DNA from: a phage
Assembly: GCA_012441205.1 (NCBI GenBank)
Contig: GCA_012441205.1_4705.1
Length of the DNA: 64,000 bases
Direction: 5' to 3' (one strand)
Every line of letters starts with the position of its first letter. Position 1 is the stretch's first letter. Shown here one piece after another: positions 41,846-51,281 of this stretch. Under the pieces are notes generated by a model. That model searched no databases, was not told where the DNA came from, and worked only from the letters and a program-made list of their open reading frames with translations. A program made the position numbers and the translations under genes.

Positions 41846-43432
41846 TTATTTTTTTCCTCTTAAATTTACTACGTGTTCATTTAATCGAACAACTAATTGC
41901 ACAAGCTGCTGACGGATATCTGCTGGACAAAGCATCAATCCTTTACGGTCAGCTGGGACTTTCTCAAGGATTTCCGGGCCTGCTGCTGAAACATCCCAAT
42001 CCCATTCACAAAACGCATCGGCCACCATGTTAATACCGACAACCGGTAAAGTTGTACGTTCATCTTCATACATGGCGTGTGGATACAATTTATTGACAGT
42101 AATGATCTCCTGTGGTTTTAATTGGTGGATAATCTGATAAACATCGTCGCGTTTAACCTGGATACCTACGGTAAGCGCTGCCAGTTGAGGAAAACCCCAA
42201 TGGTCTAACAAGCACGCTGCGATGGCTAACGCTTTTGCCTGATGCACGGCTTCAATCGGTGCCAGACTTCTCGCCGGAAGATGGCTATCAAGCAACCATT
42301 GTGCCAGTGCTCGGCATCCGCGGTTGATTGGTTTTAACTCAACGGTGTCATCGTGTTTAGCGTACGTGTATCCATCGTAACGTTTTGCGATACGCGCATA
42401 CATGTCTTCAACTTTACCGTAAGGTGCCGTTTCGTCGACGTCGTGCAACACACGTTCCATCTGGGTAAGATAGGCGATGTCAAGAATGAGTACACGCGGT
42501 GAACGTTTATCTTTCACCATCAACGCATCGATCACGCCTTGACTGTCTTCATCTTGCGCGTTCCCTCGTGGGGTTTTCTCACGAATCGGTCCACTGAAAC
42601 GTCGTTCCGTACAAAGGTTATTCACATAGCTAAAGATTAACGTTACCAGATGCGTACAACTCACTAACACCCCATCTTTAACGACAGGCTGTACGGCTTG
42701 GTCCAAGTCGCGTACGGCGAGACGGCGGACGATGGCTTGTGAACGCAACCAGCCAGGCACTTTCTCCGTCGACATGTAATCCACGGTCATCGACAGCGTG
42801 ATCTTTTTATCACCCGTTTGTGCGCGGATATAGTCTTCCAGTCGGTCGTAAGCGGCGATATCGTGAATGCGTGTTTTATACATCAACGACATAGCCACTT
42901 CTTCTTTACGAACCGTTCCGTACGTTTTCCCTGCGTCAATCAGAAACTCTGCCCAAATCGGCACCATCAGACGGACGTAGATCGCTAACGCCGTTAACTC
43001 AACGTAATCATTTCGTAAATAGGTTTTCTCAGGAATATCATCCTCACCTAATGTTGTTTTCATGTCCGGCGGTAATTTTACCCAACCTGGGGTATTACAC
43101 AACGCCAGAATCTCTTCGTACACAACCGGTTTGTAAATTTCACCAACAGCGCGACTCAACTCCTCCATTTGTTGTTGTGGAGCAATGTAGTTATCCATCG
43201 CTTCACGTGCTTTAACGAACCCTTCGAAGATGTCGTCAATTCGACGTGGGTTCTTTTGTTCTATCCAGGCGAGATACTTGTTAATCTCCCGCATCTGATT
43301 GCTAGCCATATCCCCATCAATCTTGATGTAACCCTGGCCTGAAAATTCCACAGTACGTCCATCACGGTGTTTGATGAGATAGTGATCCAGCTTTTCTTTT
43401 CCTTGCGTCGTAATGACGGGCACTATGTGCAT
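41846..43432 (-). CDS. hypothetical protein
   Basis: Start trimmed to ATG 43430-43432 (MHIVPVITT) with AAGAGG RBS; promoter-like motif 57 bp upstream. Confidence 0.5.
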   Translation of the reverse strand: MHIVPVITTQGKEKLDHYLIKHRDGRTVEFSGQGYIKIDGDMASNQMREINKYLAWIEQKNPRRIDDIFEGFVKAREAMDNYIAPQQQMEELSRAVGEIYKPVVYEEILALCNTPGWVKLPPDMKTTLGEDDIPEKTYLRNDYVELTALAIYVRLMVPIWAEFLIDAGKTYGTVRKEEVAMSLMYKTRIHDIAAYDRLEDYIRAQTGDKKITLSMTVDYMSTEKVPGWLRSQAIVRRLAVRDLDQAVQPVVKDGVLVSCTHLVTLIFSYVNNLCTERRFSGPIREKTPRGNAQDEDSQGVIDALMVKDKRSPRVLILDIAYLTQMERVLHDVDETAPYGKVEDMYARIAKRYDGYTYAKHDDTVELKPINRGCRALAQWLLDSHLPARSLAPIEAVHQAKALAIAACLLDHWGFPQLAALTVGIQVKRDDVYQIIHQLKPQEIITVNKLYPHAMYEDERTTLPVVGINMVADAFCEWDWDVSAAGPEILEKVPADRKGLMLCPADIRQQLVQLVVRLNEHVVNLRGKK

Positions 43433-43488
43433 AACAACCTCTTTTCGCGGTTCCCTGTTAAAACGTCTTCTGTGACGTCTACCACAAA

Positions 43489-43505
43489 GGTAATATAAGC
43501 GTGAA
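43489..43505 (-). promoter_or_regulatory. early-promoter-like motif TTCACGCTTATATTACC (minus strand)
   Basis: Copy B of the TATATTAC family; TGACGTC half-palindrome at 43473-43479 between motif and start codon. Confidence 0.45.
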
Positions 43506-43636
43506 TAATTTTGGATTCCGGCTGAGTTATCGCTCAGCATGCAAGGCATCCCGCCGAAGCGAGACACCTTGCACTAACGGAAAATATTCGCGTTACCTTC
43601 TGAATCGAAGACTCAGAATGCGATGCTAAAGCATGA

Positions 43637-44428
43637 TTAGAACGCTAAGCCATCAAAGGCTACGGACGGATCATCGTCGTCATTTGCGCTTGGCGCATCC
43701 CAACGGGTATCAGGGGCCGCTGAAGCCGAACTTGATGCGTTAGAGTTACCGTTGTACTGGCCGTTACCAGCATTACGGTTACCGCCGCCGTTGTTATTGT
43801 TACGGTTATAGCTATTGTTGCCACCATTACTTACGCTACGGCTTTCACCGTCGAAATTGGTTGCGAGGATGCTCGGCAACACTGCGCGATGAATACGTAC
43901 AAATTCCAACGCACAAAGCGGAGAAACAACCCCGATCTGTAAAGGTTGCCCAGACTCATCAACCAGAGCGTGGAAACGCGGTGGCTTGAATACGAATTGG
44001 ATGTTCGGTTTTTGGTACGCGGTTACAGCGATATATACCGAACCATCATCGTTCTTACCAACCCATGTTGTACTTTCGGTAATCTGTTTCTTCTTACCTG
44101 GATTATTGCGATCGTCGATAACCTTTTCGTTCTTCATCGCAAAACGTTGGCCTGGCTTACCCTTAGCAACCTGCTCGAGGATCGCAAGCAGGTTATAGAA
44201 CGCGTATGAACTCATGCGTGCCCAAATGCTTTCGGCGCGACCCTGCTGGTCTTTACGACCTGTATAAACCGTGATGCGCGGTTGATTCTTAGCAACGCTA
44301 ATTTTCAATGAGGGGATTGAATTACCGCCCTCAACCTTTTCGTCCGCCCACAGTTTCCAGTTGTTGTCGTCATACGCTGTAGGAATAATGTTTCCTTGTG
44401 GTTTACTGCCCGAATTCCAATTGCTCAT
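43637..44428 (-). CDS. possible ssDNA-binding protein (Gly/Asn-rich linker and acidic C-terminal tip)
   Basis: C-terminus NGGNNSYNRNNNNGGGNRNAGNGQYNGN...DDDDPSVAFDGLAF resembles the SSB linker and acidic tail architecture; N-terminal fold not verifiable here. Confidence 0.3.
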   Translation of the reverse strand: MSNWNSGSKPQGNIIPTAYDDNNWKLWADEKVEGGNSIPSLKISVAKNQPRITVYTGRKDQQGRAESIWARMSSYAFYNLLAILEQVAKGKPGQRFAMKNEKVIDDRNNPGKKKQITESTTWVGKNDDGSVYIAVTAYQKPNIQFVFKPPRFHALVDESGQPLQIGVVSPLCALEFVRIHRAVLPSILATNFDGESRSVSNGGNNSYNRNNNNGGGNRNAGNGQYNGNSNASSSASAAPDTRWDAPSANDDDDPSVAFDGLAF

Positions 44429-44501
44429 TTTCAGCCTCGTTACGTAGTGTGAATCAATTTCTGGTTCAGATGATAGTCAATATTAGTTAAAAATTACAGC
44501 C

Positions 44502-45335
44502 TCAGCGGAACATGTCCAACAGAAAACGTTTTGCGAAGGGGTCACGTAACTGGTTGACACCAAAGCGTGTACGGTCTTCCGTTGTTAATGGATTCCACTG
44601 ACTCTGTTTCGCAAGATCTAACAGCATCCTTTTTATTTTCACCGGCCCGCTATTGAACTGTACGGCTTGGTCACCGAACGTTCCCAATGTCATCTTTGTA
44701 AATGGAAGGTTCGCAACCTCTGGACGATCCCCACCAGTAAGTTTGGTCGACCACTGATGTTTTCGTTTCAAGGTTCCGGTATGGCTTTCTACCAAAATAA
44801 GTTCACCAAAACCGGTTCTTGCCAACAAGTCAGAAACATAGTGCGTGGTGATATACGATGTCTTGGTTATCGTGGGTAATTTACAATCCATCGATTCGAT
44901 ATTAGGGAGTCGATCTACAGACGCCATCAACCCACGATAAAGTGTAGCGAGTCCTTTTTGTTTTTCGGTGTGTGGCTCCTTATGTATAGCGTGCGGATAA
45001 ACACGCTTTATTGACGCATAGGTTGGCGCATATATCCGCAAACGAATATGGGGAATGAGTTCATTCACCAACTGCCTTAGCTGCAGTAACTCGTTTTGAA
45101 AATCCCCTGTTATCATCGATAACGGTAATTTATGTTGTTCAACGTCTTCAAAGCTTTCAACGAAATTGCGTGCTAAAGTACGCAGGTTGAACAACCAATC
45201 CATCGGTGTTTCTGGCTGTTGCTGTACTGCTGATAGTGTTGCTGACGTCCCTACCGATAAAGGATAATCACCTAACGTGCGGGCGTACATATTGCTCATA
45301 CCCCACAACTCCTTCTTATCATGGCAACGTATCAA
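44502..45335 (-). CDS. hypothetical protein
   Basis: 277-aa ORF. Confidence 0.45.
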   Translation of the reverse strand: MIRCHDKKELWGMSNMYARTLGDYPLSVGTSATLSAVQQQPETPMDWLFNLRTLARNFVESFEDVEQHKLPLSMITGDFQNELLQLRQLVNELIPHIRLRIYAPTYASIKRVYPHAIHKEPHTEKQKGLATLYRGLMASVDRLPNIESMDCKLPTITKTSYITTHYVSDLLARTGFGELILVESHTGTLKRKHQWSTKLTGGDRPEVANLPFTKMTLGTFGDQAVQFNSGPVKIKRMLLDLAKQSQWNPLTTEDRTRFGVNQLRDPFAKRFLLDMFR

Positions 45336-46461
45336 GCCAAGCAGAAACCTTTAAGGCATCAACGTTCGGGTATTTATTACGAATGCGTTCGACCAACAAA
45401 CGCTTAACGTTGTCCTTTGTCAAGTCTCCACCTTTCTCGATAACGTTATTGACAAAACTGTTCTTTAATAGCGACTGGTTGTTCTTGGCGTCCGTTTTAA
45501 TTGACCAAACGAAGCCTGGATACAAAGAAGGGATAGAACGAAACGTTTTCGCCGCATCGTCTTCCTTATCGCAGCGTATTCGGATATGATCACCCTTCTT
45601 CAATGGAGCCAATTCCCGTTCCAACACACGGACAATTTCATCTCCAACAAGACCATGCAGTTTTATCGTCTTGTAGACATCTGCTTTCTTGTTTTCAACA
45701 AATTCCCACTGGTCGTTAAACGTTTCCGTTAACATATAACGGAGATACCCTTTTGGACCTTCTTCACCGTGCGCCAAGCGACCGAACGAACCGCCAACCA
45801 TGATACGTCCTTTCTGGGATTGTAAGTGAATATGTCCGCTCACGATCCATCCCTGGGTCTTCTCCACCATTGCGTTATACGCATCGCTGCTATGAACACA
45901 TGTCGCTTTTAACGCTTCTGGTGGAAGCTGATATTCAAACGCACCGTGCATCAGAATGAAGTCCGGCGATCCCTTCTCATCAATAAGTCGGTTCACGGCT
46001 GACAACGTCACATCCGGGTCGTGGCTGTAGTTATCTGGAAGATAAAGTACTTTTAAACCAAAGTCTTCATCAACCATGCAGAGGTCATCGTAATAACGAA
46101 CTTTCGCTCCTATCTCCATGACCTCGTTCTGTTCAACGAACCACTGACTTTGCTTCTGGTCGTGTAAGTTGGTACCCTCAAGAAAGATCAACGTAATATC
46201 GTGTTTTCTTGCATACCGTAACAACCAGGTACCCCAGGCACGAACAGCAACCACGTCACTCGTCACAAACGTCGTGATACGATCGAAGACATCACCACTG
46301 AACGTAATCACATCAAGCAGCGCAGGATCTTCTTTTGTAATGTAATAACGCAGCTGGCTAATCAGGTTTACTGTCGGTGTTTGACGATGGATAAAGTGAA
46401 TATCCGACAAGTTGATTCCACGTAATACCCCAGGCGTTTTATTTCGACTGAAGTCTCGCAT
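45319..46461 (-). CDS. metallophosphoesterase, Mre11/SbcD-like nuclease family
   Basis: Motifs LSDIHF (D-x-H), FSGDVFDR (GD-x2-D), EGTNLHD (GNH-like), MHGAFE, SGHIH. Confidence 0.5.
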   Translation of the reverse strand: MRDFSRNKTPGVLRGINLSDIHFIHRQTPTVNLISQLRYYITKEDPALLDVITFSGDVFDRITTFVTSDVVAVRAWGTWLLRYARKHDITLIFLEGTNLHDQKQSQWFVEQNEVMEIGAKVRYYDDLCMVDEDFGLKVLYLPDNYSHDPDVTLSAVNRLIDEKGSPDFILMHGAFEYQLPPEALKATCVHSSDAYNAMVEKTQGWIVSGHIHLQSQKGRIMVGGSFGRLAHGEEGPKGYLRYMLTETFNDQWEFVENKKADVYKTIKLHGLVGDEIVRVLERELAPLKKGDHIRIRCDKEDDAAKTFRSIPSLYPGFVWSIKTDAKNNQSLLKNSFVNNVIEKGGDLTKDNVKRLLVERIRNKYPNVDALKVSAWLDTLP

Positions 46462-47243
46462 CAGAATTCCTCTAAGTTGCTGCTGCTAATAGTCCCCGTC
46501 GTAGACGGCATGTTTCTACTACCCACCGACGCAGTTGTTGAAGAGGTTCTGGCTAGATTCAATCCGTTTAATAACCCACACTCTTTTACCGTACGACGTG
46601 AACCATCACGAACGTCATAAAGAGGTACGTTATAATGGTCAAAAATCCGAAGCCATTGCACGTAATCAGCAACAACATGGTCTTTGCTTTCATTCGGGGC
46701 AAAGCGATCAAGCTGATGGTCGACGTAAGCTTTAGCGCTTTCAGGATTGAAGTTATACTGTCGACGTGCTTTGTCCACCATCGCGAGGAAACATGTATTG
46801 GGGTCACGATTGATGTATGAACGCGTCCGGATAAAGATAGCCGGTACCGTAAACAGAACCTTGTTGTTATTCCCATCAGCAACGATGTTAACCGCACGAT
46901 GCGGTTGGCCTGCTATCTTACACCAATCGTGAACAATGGTGCTATTACTCAGCATCTCCGCGTATTCAGGATCCTGGGAAAACATTCCTGCGAACGGATA
47001 CAAGAAATGTTTAACGAACAGCGATTCAGGCAGGATGTTGGGACGCGTCATCTCCTGTAAACCTTTTCGTAGAAGCTCGCTATTGTCTACCAGCTCCTGC
47101 CACATGTCCGGTCGTGTTTTCGGGATGGACGGATCCTGAGCGCGGCGAATGCGCTCTTCCTCATTTACAACCACTACCCCAGCCGGATACCCCAATAAAT
47201 CCGTTCCTTCGCTAACGTTGCTGTTAGTTTGGCGCGCCTTCAT
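46461..47243 (-). CDS. hypothetical protein
   Basis: 260-aa ORF. Confidence 0.45.
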   Translation of the reverse strand: MKARQTNSNVSEGTDLLGYPAGVVVVNEEERIRRAQDPSIPKTRPDMWQELVDNSELLRKGLQEMTRPNILPESLFVKHFLYPFAGMFSQDPEYAEMLSNSTIVHDWCKIAGQPHRAVNIVADGNNNKVLFTVPAIFIRTRSYINRDPNTCFLAMVDKARRQYNFNPESAKAYVDHQLDRFAPNESKDHVVADYVQWLRIFDHYNVPLYDVRDGSRRTVKECGLLNGLNLARTSSTTASVGSRNMPSTTGTISSSNLEEF

Positions 47244-47631
47244 TTACTTCCTCCTGCCACTTGATAAAATTACCACGCTCGGATCGCAGAACACCACCCA
47301 GATCGTACGATATACCTTTCTCTGTGACAATCCCCCCAATCTGGAGATCAACACGTTCCGTCGTCGGATCGATATACTTGACACGGACTTTCAATTCCAC
47401 GCGATCGTAATAACGCATTAAATAATCATACAACATCCGGTACGTCGCATCTTCCAATTTGGGTGCGCTATACTGCGACGTTGCAATGAGGTACGGTAGT
47501 GAAACGATGGAACCTTGATAGCAATACGACTGGGAATAATTCGATATTGCGAAATTGGTCATTAACCCATCCAGCTTTTTACCCGACGCGGTTAAAAAGC
47601 TCGACAGTCCCGGTAACGGATTCGATGCCAT
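47224..47631 (-). CDS. hypothetical protein
   Basis: 135-aa ORF. Confidence 0.4.
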   Translation of the reverse strand: MASNPLPGLSSFLTASGKKLDGLMTNFAISNYSQSYCYQGSIVSLPYLIATSQYSAPKLEDATYRMLYDYLMRYYDRVELKVRVKYIDPTTERVDLQIGGIVTEKGISYDLGGVLRSERGNFIKWQEEVNEGAPN

Positions 47632-47644
47632 GAGGAACTCCTCT

Positions 47645-48184
47645 TTAAGCGTAATTCATTCCAACCAATCTATCGTAGTTAGGCATATGCCCTAACTCCA
47701 GTTCGACGGGCATGGATACATTGGTGCGTGGTGCGTAAAATGTTCGCGTATGCATATCGATATACCCACAGTCCAAATAAACAATATCGGACAACTCCGC
47801 TGGATGTTTAGGTGCGGGAATCTTTAAGCGATTGTAACACTCAAGCTGCCACCAGGCATGAAAAAAGTTATTGTAAGCGTACGATTTACTGTTAGCAACT
47901 TTAAGTCCGTAGATCACCCATAACGCCGCCATGAAGTTGGTCGCGTTAATTCGCATCGGTTGTTCATTATTGAGCATGTACGTGTAGGTAAACAACGGTG
48001 TGTTACCATCACCGAAACGTCCGACCAAGGTATTGTTTGTGCGTTCGACCTCAAAGGAAAAATGCTGGCTGCTATTGCCATCAAAATGGATCATTCCGTT
48101 CTCCTCAAGCTTTTTCATTTCATAGAGTGGTGGAAATTCGTAGAAAGTTACAAAAATAAAAAAGAATGGGCAGCCCCTCCCCAC
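47645..48184 (-). CDS. hypothetical protein
   Basis: 179-aa ORF. Confidence 0.45.
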   Translation of the reverse strand: MGRGCPFFFIFVTFYEFPPLYEMKKLEENGMIHFDGNSSQHFSFEVERTNNTLVGRFGDGNTPLFTYTYMLNNEQPMRINATNFMAALWVIYGLKVANSKSYAYNNFFHAWWQLECYNRLKIPAPKHPAELSDIVYLDCGYIDMHTRTFYAPRTNVSMPVELELGHMPNYDRLVGMNYA

Positions 48185-48213
48185 CCGAAGGTAGGGAGAG
48201 ACCGCAAATATAC

Positions 48214-48678
48214 TTAAACCAAAGCTGCGATAACGTCGTTAACATTACGGCCTCGCAACTCTGCCGCTAAACGAATAACTTCATCCAGGGAACGGTTTGT
48301 ACGAATCTTGGCCACTTTCCAATTTTCAGGATACTGTTCGAAGTTAAGCAACCAAGTCATTACCTTTGCTTGTTCCATACCGTTGAGTTTGATTGTCGTG
48401 CGCGGATTGGCTTTGAACCACTTCTTGCTCAGCTGCGCCATACGGCGAACAGGGTAAGCGTAAGCGCGAGTCCAGTCTTTGGACAGATTGTCGAGTAATT
48501 CACAGTAGCTGTTGTCGTAGTCTTTGTTGATACGACGTAATAACCAGTTGGCGGTCATCTGATAAAGTTTATCATCTTCACGTAACCGCATACCCGCTAC
48601 TGCTAAATAAATGATAAGACCTGCGCCCAGGATGAGAGACAGGATAAACAGAATTTGGGTTTCTTGTGCTAAAGTCAT
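48214..48678 (-). CDS. hypothetical membrane-anchored protein
   Basis: N-terminal hydrophobic helix ILFILSLILGAGLIIYLAVAG; promoter-like motif about 90 bp upstream. Confidence 0.45.
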   Translation of the reverse strand: MTLAQETQILFILSLILGAGLIIYLAVAGMRLREDDKLYQMTANWLLRRINKDYDNSYCELLDNLSKDWTRAYAYPVRRMAQLSKKWFKANPRTTIKLNGMEQAKVMTWLLNFEQYPENWKVAKIRTNRSLDEVIRLAAELRGRNVNDVIAALV

Positions 48679-48767
48679 TTTACTATCCTCGGATTTCGTT
48701 AGGATTTAATTTCCAATATAAGGGCAATGTGATATGCCTTATACAGTCGATTGATGTTGTACATCAC

Positions 48768-48787
48768 TTAAGTAATATAGCCGTGAA
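48768..48787 (-). promoter_or_regulatory. early-promoter-like motif TTTCACGGCTATATTACTTA (minus strand)
   Basis: Copy C; identical 20-mer to copy A. Confidence 0.45.
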
Positions 48788-48797
48788 AAATGTTGGA

Positions 48798-49634
48798 TTA
48801 ACGTGTTCTCCTATCACGATGCGTATACGACTGAAGACCGATGTCCATATGCGGTAACGTCAGCGTCTGCCAGATCTGTCGTGCGTAGCGATCGAGCGTA
48901 TGATCGTCAGTAACACAATCGACGGGTTCGATGAGGTGGGTCGTATACTGGCTTTTCTCAGAGAAAGGTTCGATGTTAGCTGTATCGCCTAATCCGCTTT
49001 TCACGGTGAAGACAAGACGTGTGACGATCATCGCCTTATGCTGCTGTTCATTATAACGAAGGCTGCGGTATACGGCATAGCTTCCTCCTTTTAAGCTTCG
49101 GGTATAACGAAGGTCGGAGGTCGTCTCGGAAATCTGATACAGCATCCAGTCCAACGTATCACGCCAGTACGCATCATCCACATCAGGAACTGTAATACCA
49201 TACCGCGTAGGTAGCAGTTCTAAAAGCAATTTATAAAGTCCGCGACGCAGACCATGCTCTTCTGTTTCCGATAAACCGTTTCCAACGTAACGTGAAATAC
49301 GTGTACGTAAATACGTACGGATGAACATATTCGCCATCAGTGTTTTCACTCTGCTACTGGTATCCTCAAAGCGATCAACGCTGAAACTCGTTTCAATCAG
49401 CCGTCCATTAAAATACAATGCGGCAACATACATCGCGTTATTGCTATCACGTTCAATGTTTAAACGACCGCAGATATTAGCCGCGTCGTTCATGGTAAAT
49501 TCTAATTTATCGTGTTCGATACGATAGATAATATCCTCTTGGGTTGCCAGGCTCGCAATGCGACGGTAGCCCGGAGAAGTACGTTTTACACTCATGATTG
49601 TCCTCGTTTTCAATTTTAAGATTGCATGCGGCAT
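48798..49634 (-). CDS. hypothetical protein
   Basis: 278-aa ORF. Confidence 0.45.
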   Translation of the reverse strand: MPHAILKLKTRTIMSVKRTSPGYRRIASLATQEDIIYRIEHDKLEFTMNDAANICGRLNIERDSNNAMYVAALYFNGRLIETSFSVDRFEDTSSRVKTLMANMFIRTYLRTRISRYVGNGLSETEEHGLRRGLYKLLLELLPTRYGITVPDVDDAYWRDTLDWMLYQISETTSDLRYTRSLKGGSYAVYRSLRYNEQQHKAMIVTRLVFTVKSGLGDTANIEPFSEKSQYTTHLIEPVDCVTDDHTLDRYARQIWQTLTLPHMDIGLQSYTHRDRRTR

Positions 49635-49661
49635 AAACCCTCCCCGCCTTATGCGGGGAGG
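49631..49661 (-). terminator. GC hairpin + TTTATGC-type terminator
   Basis: gcataaaccctccccgc-cttat-gcggggaggg downstream of 49678..50316. Confidence 0.45.
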
Positions 49662-49677
49662 GCAGCCATTAAATGGA

Positions 49678-50316
49678 TTAACCTAATTTACCACCGGCGA
49701 TATTGGTGAAATCTTCGCCATCAGGAACTTGCAGTAGGATACGTGCCATGTCCCAGTTGGTTAATGTAATTGCTTTATCATCGATACTCAGTTCTGGTAG
49801 GTCGAGTTCATGATCATCAAACTCGTAGGAAATACTCCACGTTTCATCTGTTTTAGGATCGGTTATCAACACACCGTCTGTTACACGCATGTAGTCCGGG
49901 TGCAGTTCATTACTGAACGTGCCGAACGGATCGGTGTAACATTCAGCATACCCCTCGATCTGCTGACGCTGTGCCTTCGTACGTAATTCAGGGCACGCCA
50001 TGATCAGTTGTCGAGATATGCCGTTTGCAGCTCGGAAATCCTCCACGGTGTTACATGGCATAACCACATCGTCATGGAAGATGTTCTCCGATTGTCTCAG
50101 CAAAGTCTTACGGAGTTCAGCATAGTTTATCTGATTGAATGCGTCGAACGTTGCTAACGATTCAGCGTAAAAATGCTTTACGTGTTCGCTTGCGCCGCCG
50201 AGGCTATTCATCAGCTTGTGGCCGTACTCCATAAAGCTTTTATCGAGACCGGAGGACATTTCTCCGAACCTCAGTGCACGATAACTGTCTCGTCCACCTG
50301 TAAATATTTGCGCCAT
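49678..50316 (-). CDS. hypothetical protein (possibly a further RNAP-associated segment)
   Basis: 212-aa ORF starting 15 bp after the stop of the beta-prime exon 3. Confidence 0.4.
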   Translation of the reverse strand: MAQIFTGGRDSYRALRFGEMSSGLDKSFMEYGHKLMNSLGGASEHVKHFYAESLATFDAFNQINYAELRKTLLRQSENIFHDDVVMPCNTVEDFRAANGISRQLIMACPELRTKAQRQQIEGYAECYTDPFGTFSNELHPDYMRVTDGVLITDPKTDETWSISYEFDDHELDLPELSIDDKAITLTNWDMARILLQVPDGEDFTNIAGGKLG

Positions 50317-50331
50317 TACAGGCGTCCTCCT

Positions 50332-50556
50332 TTAGCAATGGTTGTTAGTTGCTTCTATTTCGTCAAGATAAGGTTCTACGTCATCGCCCTCCACGAATTC
50401 GTTGAACCAACAGTCAATAGTGGAAATAACCGGTGACTGGTGTTCACATTTCTTAGATACCTTAAAAGGTACGTTATTATCCATCATACCGAGTTCGGGT
50501 CGAAAACGCCCGAAATGTTTCGCAGTCCAAATGTCTGGGACGATATGGTTGTTCAT
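50332..50556 (-). CDS. RNAP beta-prime N-terminal subunit, exon 3 (joins 52532..51282 + 50931..50917 + 50556..50332)
   Basis: Begins ATG 50554-50556, MNNHIVPDIW...MMDNNVP, aligning with E. coli RpoC QMAVHVPL...MMSTNNILSP immediately after NADFDGD; ORF-track TTG start at 50568 rejected. Confidence 0.6.
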   Translation of the reverse strand: MNNHIVPDIWTAKHFGRFRPELGMMDNNVPFKVSKKCEHQSPVISTIDCWFNEFVEGDDVEPYLDEIEATNNHC

Positions 50557-50916
50557 CAATATCTTCAATACGAATCGCTACTTCGTATCCGCAGCATTAC
50601 CTGCAGCTCCTGGTGTTACCAGGATGTTGAGAGTATATCATGTCCATATTCCAAATGGAACGTAGGACTTCCGCGCTGGATCTCGCTTGAGACCACTTAC
50701 TCGTTGAACGTTCTCCTAAAAGGAGCTTCGCTGCTGATTGGACATTGTTACGTACGGTAGGCGTCCCACTAAAGGGATTTTCATTGAAGCCGCGTACATC
50801 CGTTACCTTGTTTCTACCTTATCGGTTCCTCTTACGAGGCGTAACGGCTTTAGCCTATTCCAGCAATTCACGGAATGCATATTCTCCTTTTCAGGAGATA
50901 AGGCCATGGCTCTGGC
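50557..50916 (-). ncRNA. intron 2 (group I-like, ORF-less, 360 nt), paralogue of intron 1
   Basis: 5' exon ends in U, intron ends in G; conserved blocks and covarying hairpins shared with 50932-51281; separates micro-exon from exon 3. Confidence 0.6.
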
Positions 50917-50931
50917 ATCACCGTCAAAGTC
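50917..50931 (-). CDS. RNAP beta-prime micro-exon encoding catalytic DFDGD
   Basis: Minus-strand gactttgacggtgat = D-F-D-G-D, in frame with flanking exons under the proposed junctions. Confidence 0.65.
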
Positions 50932-51281
50932 CACGTATCTTCAGTATGAATCGCTACTTCATACCCGCAGCATTACCTGCAGCTCCTGGTGTTACCAGGA
51001 CGGAGAGATCATCTCATCACCCACGAAGGGTGTTCCGCGCTACCCTCAGCGAATTCGAGGGACATGATCGTTGAACCTTCCACCGATGATCGATGGCTAG
51101 GCTGCTGATTGGACATTGTGCGTTGGGGTGGCATCCTGGTTCAGGACTGTCATTGAAGCCTCCCAACATCCACTCACTTATTTCCGCCTCATCGGCTCCC
51201 ACAAGGGCAGAGTGGCTTTAGCCCGTCTCAGCAATTCACGGAATTCAAGCTCTTCCTTTCGGAAGGCAGGGCCTCATTTGA
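50932..51281 (-). ncRNA. intron 1 (group I-like, ORF-less, 350 nt)
   Basis: Begins right after codon GCU (Ala of ...GYNA) at 51282; ends in G before the micro-exon; paralogous to intron 2. Confidence 0.6.

Noticed and set aside
50332-50568. NEFVEGDD near the C-terminus of the 78-aa ORF as the beta-prime catalytic motif
   Set aside because: Two of the three catalytic Asp positions are F and E, and it lies 14 codons before a stop; the true DFDGD is on the micro-exon at 50917-50931.
50402-51074. Overlapping plus-strand ORFs (50402..50665, 50440..50760, 50738..51067, 50745..51074) and the C-terminal 18 codons of ORF 51228..52532
   Set aside because: They lie in the duplicated structured-RNA (intron-like) region; the sequences are low-complexity and mutually overlapping, and conservation follows RNA pairing rather than codons.
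50557-51281. Hammerhead ribozyme or group II intron domain V in the intron-like units
   Set aside because: No CUGAUGA...GAAA core with proper stems, no domain V-like hairpin, and the units are too short for group II introns.
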